Notes: a model not told the origin generated them from the sequence alone. A stretch of 50,332 nucleotides of DNA from an uncultured Candidatus Poseidoniales archaeon (GCA_905182635.1 CAJJCM010000033.1:1-50332); one strand, 5' to 3'. Positions 39,798 to 49,902 are shown, numbered from the stretch's first letter. Program-made: numbers and translations.

Positions 39798-40949
39798 TTA
39801 CTCTTCTTCACGAAGAAGAAGCATTGCTTGTCGTGTTGGTGGCATATCCAACTGTCCAAGCCGGAAGCCAACTAAGCGCAATCCTCGATTGTGCTGGACA
39901 TTGGTCGCAAAAAGGTGTTCAGCCAAACGAAGAAAGATGTCAGGTTCGTCCATTGCAACTGGAATTGAACGGCCATGTGTATGCGTTTCGAAACCTGTAT
40001 ATCGAATCTTTACCTCCGCTAAGCGCCCAGAAATACCCATTTCTTTCGAACGTTTCAGCACACGTTGTGTAAGTGAACGGAGCACATCGAGAACCGCTTC
40101 ATGGTCAGTTTGGTCTGATGAAAAGGTTCGTTCTTTGCCAATTGATTTGCGGCTACGAAGTTGGCTCACTTCAGAACTTGTAGTCCCATCGACAACACGC
40201 GTCAACCATCCGGCAAATCGTTCACCAGCCATTCGCCCTAAGGCCAGTTCTCCCAGAACATAGGCTTCATCGACCGTCATAAAACCCCATTCAGCGAGTT
40301 GTGTGGCCCTTTTAGGTCCAATCCCGGGAACTTCTCGTAATGACCGGCCTTCGAAAAATTCAGCGATTTCATCAGGTAAAATTCGAAAGATTCCTTTGGG
40401 TTTGTTTACTTCGCTTGACATTTTTGCAAGAATACGCGTCGGTGCAATTCCAAACGAGGCGGTAAGTCCGACGTTCTGTTCGATGGAATCCTGAAGTGTT
40501 CGGCACAACGCATATGCAGCATCCCAGTCACCTCCAACATGTTCGGTGATATCCAAATAGGCTTCGTCTATACTCGCCTTTTCGAAAAATTCTGCTGGCT
40601 CTTTGAGTATCTGCATGACTTGGCGAGAAGCACGACTGTAGAGTCCGCGACTGCCTCGGATGTAATGCCCGGGACCGAATGGATGGCCTGGACAACGGCG
40701 CCAGGCTTCACTGACAGGCATAGCGGAATGGATGCCAAATGCCCGAGCTGCATAATTACAGGTTGAAACAATACCACGCCCTCTTCCACCTTGTGGGTCA
40801 GAACCGATAATCAGAGGCTTTTCGGGGTCAAGGTCGTGATGGAGTATTTCGACAGCAGCAAAAAAAGCATCAAGGTCACAATGAACGAGAATGCGCTCTT
40901 TGGAGGAATATATCGAACCTTGTGAACGGGGTTCATGTTCTTCCGACAT
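39798..40949 (-). CDS. dinB: DNA polymerase IV (Y family)
   Basis: HCDLDAFFAAVE, STCNYAARAFGIHSAMP, SIDEAYLD, LAKMSSEVNKPKG, VPGIGPK, RKSIGKERTF. Confidence 0.95.
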   Translation of the reverse strand: MSEEHEPRSQGSIYSSKERILVHCDLDAFFAAVEILHHDLDPEKPLIIGSDPQGGRGRGIVSTCNYAARAFGIHSAMPVSEAWRRCPGHPFGPGHYIRGSRGLYSRASRQVMQILKEPAEFFEKASIDEAYLDITEHVGGDWDAAYALCRTLQDSIEQNVGLTASFGIAPTRILAKMSSEVNKPKGIFRILPDEIAEFFEGRSLREVPGIGPKRATQLAEWGFMTVDEAYVLGELALGRMAGERFAGWLTRVVDGTTSSEVSQLRSRKSIGKERTFSSDQTDHEAVLDVLRSLTQRVLKRSKEMGISGRLAEVKIRYTGFETHTHGRSIPVAMDEPDIFLRLAEHLFATNVQHNRGLRLVGFRLGQLDMPPTRQAMLLLREEE

Positions 40950-41192
40950 GTGTTGAGAATGTTGTCCGCGGTGTTTGAAGTTGATGTATTCTTCACAAAT
41001 ATGAATCTCAAGGGTCGGGGTGAGATAAACCAATTTTTCGAGTGCTTTGAATTCCATTGGTAGATCTTCAAGAGGCTGCGAAAAAAGATGTTCGAGGGGT
41101 TGTGTGTGAAGTGATAAAAGACGCATATCCTCGCTTTTGCGCGTATGGACATCTATGTTTCATATGACCCACTGTGGAGAGAAGTGAAAGTG

Positions 41193-42179
41193 TCACTTGA
41201 GTAAATGTGAATTGACTGTCGTTTCTGCTTGCTTACCATCAAGCACAGTCATGATAGCATGGGCGATGTCACGACCAACCCGTGCCTGTGCCTCAAGCGT
41301 TGCTGCACCAATATGTGGAGTGCCATGGAAGTTCGGGTGTTGAACAAGTTTGTTCCCGGGTAGGACAGGTTCTTGCTCAAACACATCTAAAGCAGCAGTA
41401 GCCACTTTTCCTGAATTGAGGGCGTCCAACAACGCCTCTTCATCGATGATTCCCCCTCGTGCACAATTGACAATATGATTGCCACAGGCGATACCATCGA
41501 GAGATTTTCCTGGCATGAGAGCAATACGTTCTGCATTGACCAAATGATGAGTTTCATCGTTGTAGTTGCAATGAATCGAAATGTGTGTACATGTTTGAAA
41601 CAATGTGTCAACGTTCTTGTGCAAAGTGGTGTTTTGGGCTTTGGCGACTTTCGCTGGGAGATACGGGTCGTATGTATGTATCTCCATTCCAATTAATTGG
41701 GCAAGAGACGCCACACCCTGTGCAATGCGGCCAAAGCCAATCAAACCGAGGTTCTTACCGAACAGTTCAGTTCCAGCCATCGATTTCTTCTGCCATTTTT
41801 CTTGGCGCATACCACGGTCAGCACGTGGGATATGGCGGAGACTGGAGAGTAAATGCCCCATTGTGAGTTCAATGACTGATTGTGTCGAAGCACGAGGTGC
41901 ATTGACGACAGGAATTCCTGCGCCAGCAGCAGCCACGATGTCAATATTGTCAACTCCAACGCCTGCCCGTCCAATCACCTTCAATCGGTCACCCGATTTA
42001 GCAAGAACATCACTTGGAAGTTTCGTGGCACTTCGGACAATAATGGCGTCGAAATCAGAAAGAGCACCCGCCAACAATTTATCGTTCTCGATGAAGCCGA
42101 GAACGACTTCATGCCCCGCTTTTTCCAACAAAACTACTGCATCTTGCGCCATACCGTCAGTAACAGCAATTCTCGCCAT
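41193..42179 (-). CDS. serA: D-3-phosphoglycerate dehydrogenase-like D-2-hydroxyacid dehydrogenase (no ACT domain)
   Basis: IVRSAT, GRAGVGVDNID, GLIGFGRIA, NCARGG, AALDVFEQEP, TPHIGAAT.EAQ. Confidence 0.82.
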   Translation of the reverse strand: MARIAVTDGMAQDAVVLLEKAGHEVVLGFIENDKLLAGALSDFDAIIVRSATKLPSDVLAKSGDRLKVIGRAGVGVDNIDIVAAAGAGIPVVNAPRASTQSVIELTMGHLLSSLRHIPRADRGMRQEKWQKKSMAGTELFGKNLGLIGFGRIAQGVASLAQLIGMEIHTYDPYLPAKVAKAQNTTLHKNVDTLFQTCTHISIHCNYNDETHHLVNAERIALMPGKSLDGIACGNHIVNCARGGIIDEEALLDALNSGKVATAALDVFEQEPVLPGNKLVQHPNFHGTPHIGAATLEAQARVGRDIAHAIMTVLDGKQAETTVNSHLLK

Positions 42180-42277
42180 AACCAATGGTTTCTCATCAAG
42201 GCCATCAACCTTAGCCAATCGAATGCTATGAACCCGATGTTTGAAACCCTCCAGCCATGTGGGGGAGTTGATACAAC

Positions 42278-43423
42278 ATGACTACAGTTGACTCAAGTGC
42301 ATTGATATGGGCAGCGGGCTTGCTGTCAATACCATTGTTACTCGCATTACCAATGCGGCTGGGGTGGAAATTGTTTATTGGTGTTGGTCACGAAGCATCA
42401 CAATATCGAAATACAGTCTTGCAAATCATTGACGCAGGCCGTCAGGTCGCACCGTTTCGGGCAACTCTGGATGATGTTGCTCGTAGCCTCCATATTCGAC
42501 CAAGCCATCAGCGGGTCATCGAAGCAGACCTCTTTCATCCATTGACCTTGTCGCATTTTCTCTTATTACCTGCAATCATTATATTCCCATTGGCTGTGAT
42601 TATGGCGCTCCCTGTCATCTTGATTGGTTTTCCAGTTCTGTTGATCATCGAATATATTTTTATCCGTAAGGAGATGCTTGTTCGAGGTTTGAAAGCCATT
42701 GAAAAAATGATGCACTGGCAAATTATTCACATTCCAAAACCTCATCGAGGATTGGAAGAGGATAAAGCAAAAATGAATGAATTCTCCCAACATGTCATTC
42801 ACTTCAATCATGTTCCGCAAGGTGCTTTCTTGGGGCTTTTTGCATGGCTCATGGTTCACTGGACTTTTAATTTCGATTCATTTGGGTTCGAAATCTTATT
42901 TTCTACCGGCCTGTACATCATCCTACTCGGAACATTAGGTGTGCTCAATGCAGCATTTGAATCCGATCTCGTTTTTGTTGATCCGTCAAAAGGTCGCTTA
43001 GTTCCCGTTGACCAATGGCTGGAAAGTATTCTCAAGCCACTTGTTGGAATTGGTTTACTGTTCCTGATTGTACGGAATTTACTCGATGAAGCAAGGGATG
43101 GAAACGCAGAGTTATTCGCACTCAAAGTACTCACTTTGCTGTATGGTGCAGCAGTTGTTGGAATCGCTTTCAGATGGGGCTACTCTATCTGGAGAGGGTC
43201 GCATGTTCGAGACGAGTTTGGAGAACAAGTGATAGAATCACTCAATCCACTCTCCTATGATTTAACTCGCAGCAAGGGGCGTATCGAATTCCACGTCCGG
43301 ATGGTTATGAAAGAGCGGCTGAACACATTGAATGAAGCATCGATTAAACAACTCAGCTTTGCTGACTTACAAGACCTTCCAGCGAGTGAAAACCGAGGTA
43401 AAATCCCCGACAATCCACTCTAG
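42278..43423 (+). CDS. Hypothetical multi-pass membrane protein
   Basis: 381 aa ORF with about seven hydrophobic segments and a GGGGGAG SD. Confidence 0.75.
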   Translation: MTTVDSSALIWAAGLLSIPLLLALPMRLGWKLFIGVGHEASQYRNTVLQIIDAGRQVAPFRATLDDVARSLHIRPSHQRVIEADLFHPLTLSHFLLLPAIIIFPLAVIMALPVILIGFPVLLIIEYIFIRKEMLVRGLKAIEKMMHWQIIHIPKPHRGLEEDKAKMNEFSQHVIHFNHVPQGAFLGLFAWLMVHWTFNFDSFGFEILFSTGLYIILLGTLGVLNAAFESDLVFVDPSKGRLVPVDQWLESILKPLVGIGLLFLIVRNLLDEARDGNAELFALKVLTLLYGAAVVGIAFRWGYSIWRGSHVRDEFGEQVIESLNPLSYDLTRSKGRIEFHVRMVMKERLNTLNEASIKQLSFADLQDLPASENRGKIPDNPL

Positions 43424-43452
43424 TCAAACAGATTCTCATCGATGAATTCTAC

Positions 43453-44163
43453 TTATTCCAGCCAAGGAATAACGTCGGGAATTTCTGCAAAGAGGTTCGC
43501 AGGAAGGGCTGTTTTGATTTTCGATACCGAGCCTAAACCCGCTGTCACTTTCATCTGCCATGCTTCAAATTCCTCAAACGAAGTCATGGTGAGAACAGGG
43601 TTATTGATACGATTCCAATCAAGAGTTTGCATGGTGGTTCCTGGTGGGTCATGTCCTGTACAAACTACAAGTTCACCATCAAGAGATTTCAGTGTGTTGA
43701 GAGATTCCCAGTGCGAGAGCAATCGGCCACTCGGCAAGTCATCCCGGCCGACACCGCCTTGACCTGTAAAGAGGAAGTCACCAGTAAGCAAATGTGTAGG
43801 GGTTTCAATGAGCACATGGTCATCGGTATGGCCTGGTACGTGATGAATCTTCAATGGTGTCGAACCAAGCATCAGAGTTTCTCCTTCATGGAGATAATGT
43901 GAGACATTCAAACATGCTGTATCCTTCCACATCACATACGCACATCCTGTTTTATCTCGGAGTAAATTACATGCAGAAATATGGTCGGCATGCGTGTGTG
44001 TGGCAATAGCGTATTGGAGTGTAAGACCACGAGATTCGATGAGCGTGAGATATTCACTCAGGAAGTCGTACACAGGGTCGATTAATGCTGCATTCTTCGA
44101 ATCTGAATCGACCAACAAATAGGTTTTAGCCCAGCCCGAAAGGTTGAGTTGTTCGAAGTTCAT
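43453..44163 (-). CDS. Metallo-beta-lactamase-fold protein (persulfide dioxygenase/ETHE1-like)
   Basis: ALIDPV, THTHADH, PGHT, TGDFLF, GRDDL, GHD, NP.L. Confidence 0.85.
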   Translation of the reverse strand: MNFEQLNLSGWAKTYLLVDSDSKNAALIDPVYDFLSEYLTLIESRGLTLQYAIATHTHADHISACNLLRDKTGCAYVMWKDTACLNVSHYLHEGETLMLGSTPLKIHHVPGHTDDHVLIETPTHLLTGDFLFTGQGGVGRDDLPSGRLLSHWESLNTLKSLDGELVVCTGHDPPGTTMQTLDWNRINNPVLTMTSFEEFEAWQMKVTAGLGSVSKIKTALPANLFAEIPDVIPWLE

Positions 44164-44260
44164 AATGGAGGGATTGGGCACATGTACTTGAAGAACACCC
44201 ATTTCATTTCGGGATTTGCATCATACGAGCATTGATGAAACATGGGGAGAACCGAACCCC

Positions 44261-44977
44261 ATGCATCCCAGTGAAGTGGTTCATCTTGAACACGATGGGA
44301 AGGTCTTGCTGGTTGACCAAAGCGGTAATGGTCCACAATTGCCAATCCAAGGCCGGCAAGAGGAGTCTGCCAACTTACGACTTCCGACTTCAATTGAAAT
44401 TGAAAGAATGGGCGTTGAATGGGATGCCATTCGAGAAACTCGTATCGTTTTTGGCACACTTGTGTACCGGGTTGTCAAAGGATATCCCAACATTGATTGG
44501 CCGAAAAACTGGGCATGGAAGGATGAAATGATTGCCGATAATTCGGTACATCCTGTTGCACGTGAGGCTGTTTATCGCTCAATTCACAGACTGGTATCGA
44601 AAGTAATGATTTGTAATGATGAGGGTCAGGTCTTACTTGGAAAAGTTGAGCGCGGGCACTTTAGAGGATTCTGGACATTGCCTGGTGGCTATATGGATCA
44701 TGATGAACATCCAAGTATCGGATGTGTTCGAGAAACGCTTGAAGAAATAGGGCTAAGCATCATTTTGGATGAAAATGAACCATTGATTACTCAGAAAATA
44801 TTTACCGATGAAGGCATCTCCTTTGTCTCCTTCACCTACCGCTCAACTTGGAACGGCGACATTGAGGCTTTGATATTACAAACTGAAGAAATTTCAGATG
44901 TCAAATGGTTTACACCGGATGAAGCAAGAAATATTGCTGTATCTTACTTTGATAAAGAAGCGTTACGAACGCTCTGA
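44261..44977 (+). CDS. NUDIX hydrolase with N-terminal extension
   Basis: Nudix box WTLPGGYMDHDE....CVRETLEEIG. Start 44261 (ATG) or 44216 (TTG). Confidence 0.88.
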   Translation: MHPSEVVHLEHDGKVLLVDQSGNGPQLPIQGRQEESANLRLPTSIEIERMGVEWDAIRETRIVFGTLVYRVVKGYPNIDWPKNWAWKDEMIADNSVHPVAREAVYRSIHRLVSKVMICNDEGQVLLGKVERGHFRGFWTLPGGYMDHDEHPSIGCVRETLEEIGLSIILDENEPLITQKIFTDEGISFVSFTYRSTWNGDIEALILQTEEISDVKWFTPDEARNIAVSYFDKEALRTL

Positions 44978-44978
44978 A

Positions 44979-47837
44979 TCAAGCACCAACACTCTTGCGT
45001 GCTGCTTCGAGTGCATCGTCGAGACCATCAGGGTGAGAACCGCCGCCTTGAGCGAGGGTCGGTCGGCCACCACCGCCACCTTTGATGTGATGTGAGATTT
45101 CTCGGAGGAGAACCACAGCATCGTATCGTTCACTTGCAATGGTATTTTCAGTAACAGCAATCATCAATTTCCCACCACCTTCTTTTGAGCCAAGAACTGC
45201 AAGTGTCGGTTTAGAGTTATCAAGTGTGAGTTCTTTGAGCATTTTTGTCATTTTCTTAAGGTCGCCGGTGACTTCCATAATGGCGATACGAACACCGTCA
45301 ATTTCAGAAGAATCGGAGCCACCGCCAGCAGTTCGCAAACGAACAATTTCTGCTTCAAGTTGCTCAATTTTCTTTCTCTGGTCTTTCCATTCGGAATAGA
45401 ACCGTTCGGATGCTTTCGGCAATTCATGCGATGGGATCCCAAAGGTCTCACTCGCTTGCCTCAACAATGAATCTTGGTGTCGTGCATAATCAAGTGCAGC
45501 TTGTCCTGCCACGATATGAAGACGTTCAACACCATCTTGAACTGCAGCAGAACGAATGATACGAATCGAACCAATTTGTCCTGGCTCGTCATGGTGTGTT
45601 CCTCCACAGGCCTGAATATCATGGTCTGCAATACGAAGAATACGTATTGAATTACCTTTTGGCGCACCGCCTTGATACAAATCAAAACCGTATTTCTTAT
45701 CAGCGTCTTTTCGATTCAACTCGGTCTTTTCAGTTCGCTGAACTTGCCCTAAGACTTCATTTGCCAATGATTCAATAGCATCCAAGTCATCGCGATTTAA
45801 CCGATTGAAATGGGTGATATCAAGACGACCAGAATCTACCGATTTATTGGCTCCAGCCTGATAGATATGCGGTCCAAGGATTCGACGGGCAGCACCTCCA
45901 ACAATATGTACCGCAGTGTGATGGTCCATCAATTGCTTTCGGCGACTCCAATCAAGGCTTCCGTGAACTAAATCCCCAGTTTCAAAAGGTCCGTCGACCA
46001 AGTGCAGAACATGGGCGCCGACTTTGCGAGTATCGAGAACACGACGATGATTTGAATCGGTAAAGAGCAGACCATAATCCCCTTCTTGGCCCCCGCCTTC
46101 GGGGTAGAAACAAGTTTTGTCAAGTAGAATACCATGCGTTGCCTCTGCTGGAATCTCATCACCAATGAGTTTGAGACAAGCAAGAACACTGGCATCGAAC
46201 TCACGTTGTTGGACATCTTCGTAGTACAATGCAATGGTTGCTGGTAATTGCGGAATCTGTTCGACAAGTGGTTTCTCATCAACAGATTGAGCAGCCTGTT
46301 TGGCGATACGTGCGTGACGATCTGCCATTTCTGCAGCAAAGCCTGTACGGATTCGTATATTCTTCCAACCAGCATTTTTCGCTAAAGTGACAACCATATC
46401 AGGGGCTAAGCCATGAGAATCATTGAGTTGGAAGAGAATCTCATCAGGAATATATTCTGTATCTGTCGGGAGGTCTTTGAATTGAGTTACAATGACATTG
46501 CCGCCTTTTCGAATCATTTCCTCATAGCGTTGTTCTTCAAGTTTGAGTATTCCGAGTAATCCATCATGAGTTTGCTTCATCACTTGTCCACCAAGATTGA
46601 CTGTAATGTGATGTTCCGCAAGTTCTGAAAGCGAAAGAGTGAGTCCCAAATCATCCCGAAGACGCAAGGTTCGGCGGGCGAGCATTCGGGCAAGGTAACC
46701 CGCTTTTGTATTCGAAGGAACCAAACCGTCTCCGAGCATGTTGCACAAAGCATGGAGGTGGTCTGGGATGGCGTAAATTTTCGAAAGGGGTTCGGTCACG
46801 GCAGAGAATTGTTCAGGTGTCACGCTTATCCCACGTTCAGCCAACCGCCTCAAGAAAGTAGTTCGGAGTTCTTCAGCATCAACACCGGGTTCAATGTTCA
46901 TGATTCCATTGAGGCGGCTCATTTCACTGAGCAATGCATCCAAATCAAGTTCTGGCCATTGAGAAGTAATCGATGAAAACCCTACCATCTCCTTGAGCCA
47001 AGAAACGGTATCAGGGTAAATCGCCTCATAAATCGTAGGTGTTCCAGCAGCAGCCCAACAAAAGCGCTCTAAGCCATAACCGGTGTCAATAATTTGCATT
47101 TCCATTTCACGATAGGAATCTCCTTTGAGTTCGATCTGACCTTCCGAGTGTTCCTCAAGATTCATGAACACTAAGGTAGCCAATTCAAGTCCACCAACGA
47201 TGACTTCAACTGCAGCCCCCGCATTTCCTCCACCACACCATGGGTTTTCGACATAGGTTATTTCATGAGAAGGGATTTTGAAAGTCTTGGTCATTAAATC
47301 ATGACAATATTGAACGCACTCCTCCATCCAATAGTATGTTTTTCCTTCATTCGGTCGATTGAACACGTGATGTGCCATCATTTCAAAGGTGGTCAAATGA
47401 CGGCCTGAGCGCCCGACAGCGTCAACATCGGTCAACCGAATACAAGGTTGAGAAATCGTCAAAGGATTTGCCGGTGGCTCAACTTCTCCCGAAGTCACAT
47501 GAGGTTGGAAATCTGCAATCGAGGCGATGGTCAAATGAATATCGTCTCTCCATCTTGCCAAAACAGGGTAAGGTTCGACACGTGTATGCTCGACGTTCTC
47601 AAAGAATGAAAGAAACGCCTCACGCATTGCGTCTTTCAACGCTTTACCTCGCATGGGGTAACCTTCAATCAAGGGTGCACCGATGAATGTATACTCATCT
47701 TCAGTGGTGTCTCCGCATGTATCACGAGACGGGTCAGTGGTCCAAAACCAAAGGTCTGTAATTCGGCATTGGTTTCGAACAAAACCTTCGTTCTTGAACA
47801 CTGCTAAATCAATCGGTGGTAATCCCATATGACTCAT
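44979..47837 (-). CDS. alaS: Alanine--tRNA ligase (archaeal type)
   Basis: RWRDD..LTIASIADFQP, QPCIR, GRHLTTFEMMAHH, IDTGYGLER, editing motifs HTAVH and CGGTH, C-terminal GGGGG. Confidence 0.96.
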   Translation of the reverse strand: MSHMGLPPIDLAVFKNEGFVRNQCRITDLWFWTTDPSRDTCGDTTEDEYTFIGAPLIEGYPMRGKALKDAMREAFLSFFENVEHTRVEPYPVLARWRDDIHLTIASIADFQPHVTSGEVEPPANPLTISQPCIRLTDVDAVGRSGRHLTTFEMMAHHVFNRPNEGKTYYWMEECVQYCHDLMTKTFKIPSHEITYVENPWCGGGNAGAAVEVIVGGLELATLVFMNLEEHSEGQIELKGDSYREMEMQIIDTGYGLERFCWAAAGTPTIYEAIYPDTVSWLKEMVGFSSITSQWPELDLDALLSEMSRLNGIMNIEPGVDAEELRTTFLRRLAERGISVTPEQFSAVTEPLSKIYAIPDHLHALCNMLGDGLVPSNTKAGYLARMLARRTLRLRDDLGLTLSLSELAEHHITVNLGGQVMKQTHDGLLGILKLEEQRYEEMIRKGGNVIVTQFKDLPTDTEYIPDEILFQLNDSHGLAPDMVVTLAKNAGWKNIRIRTGFAAEMADRHARIAKQAAQSVDEKPLVEQIPQLPATIALYYEDVQQREFDASVLACLKLIGDEIPAEATHGILLDKTCFYPEGGGQEGDYGLLFTDSNHRRVLDTRKVGAHVLHLVDGPFETGDLVHGSLDWSRRKQLMDHHTAVHIVGGAARRILGPHIYQAGANKSVDSGRLDITHFNRLNRDDLDAIESLANEVLGQVQRTEKTELNRKDADKKYGFDLYQGGAPKGNSIRILRIADHDIQACGGTHHDEPGQIGSIRIIRSAAVQDGVERLHIVAGQAALDYARHQDSLLRQASETFGIPSHELPKASERFYSEWKDQRKKIEQLEAEIVRLRTAGGGSDSSEIDGVRIAIMEVTGDLKKMTKMLKELTLDNSKPTLAVLGSKEGGGKLMIAVTENTIASERYDAVVLLREISHHIKGGGGGRPTLAQGGGSHPDGLDDALEAARKSVGA

Positions 47838-47946
47838 CTCCCCAAGGGAACAAGTCGCCGACCGAGCGATACACCTTGAAACCTATGGGTATTTTATTGC
47901 GGAAACGAAGAACAATCCTCAAAGGTGAATCACTCGACCCGCTACT

Positions 47947-49422
47947 ATGGCCGATGATTGGCGCAGTTTTCTCTCCTCCGAAGGGGATGGCACGATGCGC
48001 ATCAAAGCCCATGGTCGAATGAAAGTCGACGCACGTTTGGTCACTGATGAGGCCCATCTCAAAAAACATGCAGATGACCGTGGTCCTGAACAACTCATCA
48101 ATGCTGCAAGTCTCCCTGGAATCGTTGGTGAAGCATGGGGAATGGCAGATTGGCATTTTGGCTATGGCCTCCCGATTGGTGGAGTTGTCGCCACAGATAC
48201 TGAATACGGAGATTTAGGTGGAGCCATCTCACCGGGAGGTGTTGGTTTTGACATCAATTGTGGCGTCCGAATGCTGGCACTTGATGCGACAGAAAAAGAT
48301 ATACCAAATATCAAAAAACTCGCAGGACGCTTAGCAGGACGGATTCCTGCGGGTGCATCTGGTAAAGGTGGTCTCGACATTACAATGAGTGACCTCGACA
48401 ACCTCATCCAAGGTGGAGCACCTGCAGCGGTTGAACTCGGCTATGGATTCGATGAAGATTTGAAGCATCTCGAGTCAGGTGGCCATTTGAATACCGAGAA
48501 TGCGGAAATTTCTCTGCGTGCCAAAGAACGTGGACTTCGTGCCCTTGGAACATTGGGAAGTGGAAACCATTTTTTGGAACTGCAGACGGTGGGGAAAACC
48601 GTCGATGTGGAAACCGCTGAAAAGTGGGGATTGTATGAAGGTCAGATCGTCGCGATGATTCATTCTGGTTCACGAGGACTTGGGCATCAAGTATGCAGCG
48701 ACCATGTGAGGAGTCTTGAACGACGATACAAGCAACAAGGGAACTTGTGGGTCGATGAAGAGTGGGGCTATGAACTAACCGACCGTCAATTAGCATCTGC
48801 TCCATTTCATTCACCTCAAGGTCAAGCCTATTTTGATGGGATGAATGCTGCTGCGAATTTTGCTTTTGCTAATCGTAGTGCTCTGGCGCACCGTCTGCGC
48901 GAAGTTCTCCGATTGGAAATGGGCACAGATGGTGAAGCTCGAACTCTGTATGACGTAGCCCATAACATTGCAAAAGTCGAAGTTCATCGCATCGATGGCA
49001 AGGAGTGTACATGTTGCGTCCACAGAAAGGGTGCTACACGGGCATTCAGTGGCGACAGTGCAGAGATGAAGAATTCGAATCACCTCTCAGGACAACCCGT
49101 ACTCATCCCAGGAGATATGGGGACAGGTTCATGGGTCATGGCTGGACCAAAAACGGGTCAAAACATTGCGTTTGGCTCTTCCTGCCATGGTGCTGGCAGA
49201 GCAATGTCGCGTAGTAAAGCAAAGCAAACTATCGATGGTAAAGCATTGAAAATTGAACTTGAAAACCGCGGAATCCGAGTGCATGCATCGACTCCAAATG
49301 TCTTGTCTGAAGAAGCACCGAATGCATACAAGGACGTTGATGACATTATCGATTTGACAGAGAAAGCAGGATTGGCTCGACCGATTGTCCGGTTGAGTCC
49401 GCTCGCAGTTATCAAAGGATAA
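47947..49422 (+). CDS. rtcB: RNA-splicing ligase RtcB
   Basis: ADWHFGYG.PIG, GFDINCG, GSGNHFLE, HSGSRGLGH, YDVAHN, HRKGAT, IPGDMG, SCHGAGR, EEAP.AYK. Confidence 0.96.
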   Translation: MADDWRSFLSSEGDGTMRIKAHGRMKVDARLVTDEAHLKKHADDRGPEQLINAASLPGIVGEAWGMADWHFGYGLPIGGVVATDTEYGDLGGAISPGGVGFDINCGVRMLALDATEKDIPNIKKLAGRLAGRIPAGASGKGGLDITMSDLDNLIQGGAPAAVELGYGFDEDLKHLESGGHLNTENAEISLRAKERGLRALGTLGSGNHFLELQTVGKTVDVETAEKWGLYEGQIVAMIHSGSRGLGHQVCSDHVRSLERRYKQQGNLWVDEEWGYELTDRQLASAPFHSPQGQAYFDGMNAAANFAFANRSALAHRLREVLRLEMGTDGEARTLYDVAHNIAKVEVHRIDGKECTCCVHRKGATRAFSGDSAEMKNSNHLSGQPVLIPGDMGTGSWVMAGPKTGQNIAFGSSCHGAGRAMSRSKAKQTIDGKALKIELENRGIRVHASTPNVLSEEAPNAYKDVDDIIDLTEKAGLARPIVRLSPLAVIKG

Positions 49423-49608
49423 TCACATGCAGTAATTATTTGCAGGTTGTCCCGGAATCGTCGGAGCAGCACCGCTGTGCACTCCATCCGGTTCCTCACA
49501 AATAACGCTTAACAGCGTATTTACAAGGTCTTTCAATTCATCTACTTGGCTCTGAAGATCACGGACTCGTTGCCGCATCTCTACTTTGTTTTCTTGCTCT
49601 CGCTCCAT
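49423..49608 (-). CDS. Small coiled-coil hypothetical protein
   Basis: 61 aa with heptad VRDLQSQVDELKDLVNTLL. Canonical TTTATAAA upstream. Confidence 0.6.
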   Translation of the reverse strand: MEREQENKVEMRQRVRDLQSQVDELKDLVNTLLSVICEEPDGVHSGAAPTIPGQPANNYCM

Positions 49609-49647
49609 ATTATCCCATCCAGAGAAGTTGCCTTCTCCAAAAAAATA

Positions 49648-49655
49648 TTTATAAA
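49648..49655 (-). promoter_or_regulatory. TATA-box-like element upstream of the small ORF
   Basis: TTTATAAA about 40 nt upstream of ATG 49608 in an AT-rich patch. Confidence 0.45.
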
Positions 49656-49731
49656 AATCACCTTATAGCCTTTGAGGACATTCACGAACTTGAAAGGGTG
49701 TTTTATTCGATTCATGAGCCACGCGAAGCGG

Positions 49732-49737
49732 TTATAA
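49732..49737 (+). promoter_or_regulatory. TATA box of tRNA-Thr
   Basis: TTATAA about 27-32 nt upstream of the tRNA 5' end. Confidence 0.55.
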
Positions 49738-49763
49738 TCCAAGTGTTAGTCGCCGTCTTTACT

Positions 49764-49838
49764 GCCACCGTGGCTTAGCGGTATAGCACCTCATTGGTAA
49801 TGAGGAGGTCGCGAGTTCAAATCTCGCCGGTGGCTCCA
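49764..49838 (+). tRNA. tRNA-Thr (GGT), intronless, genomic CCA after the discriminator
   Basis: Acceptor GCCACCG/CGGTGGC, anticodon arm CCTCA-TTGGTAA-TGAGG, T loop TTCAAAT. Confidence 0.97.
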
Positions 49839-49902
49839 CTTATTTTCGCTTAGAGAAACTCAATAATAGGATCGGTAAAGTTCGTTAAAACGACAACAGA
49901 AG

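Noticed and set aside
40950..41192. 243-nt gap or N-terminal extension of dinB as a hidden gene or ncRNA
   Set aside because: No convincing ORF or stable hairpin seen, and a promoter-like TTCAAA sits 25-30 nt before ATG 40949.
41605..42231. 208-aa plus-strand ORF and other long antisense ORFs
   Set aside because: Shadow frames opposite well-supported genes such as serA and glyA.
47947..49422. Intein in RtcB, or in TopB and the tRNA synthetases
   Set aside because: Lengths and motif spacing are normal, and no intein terminal motifs were seen.
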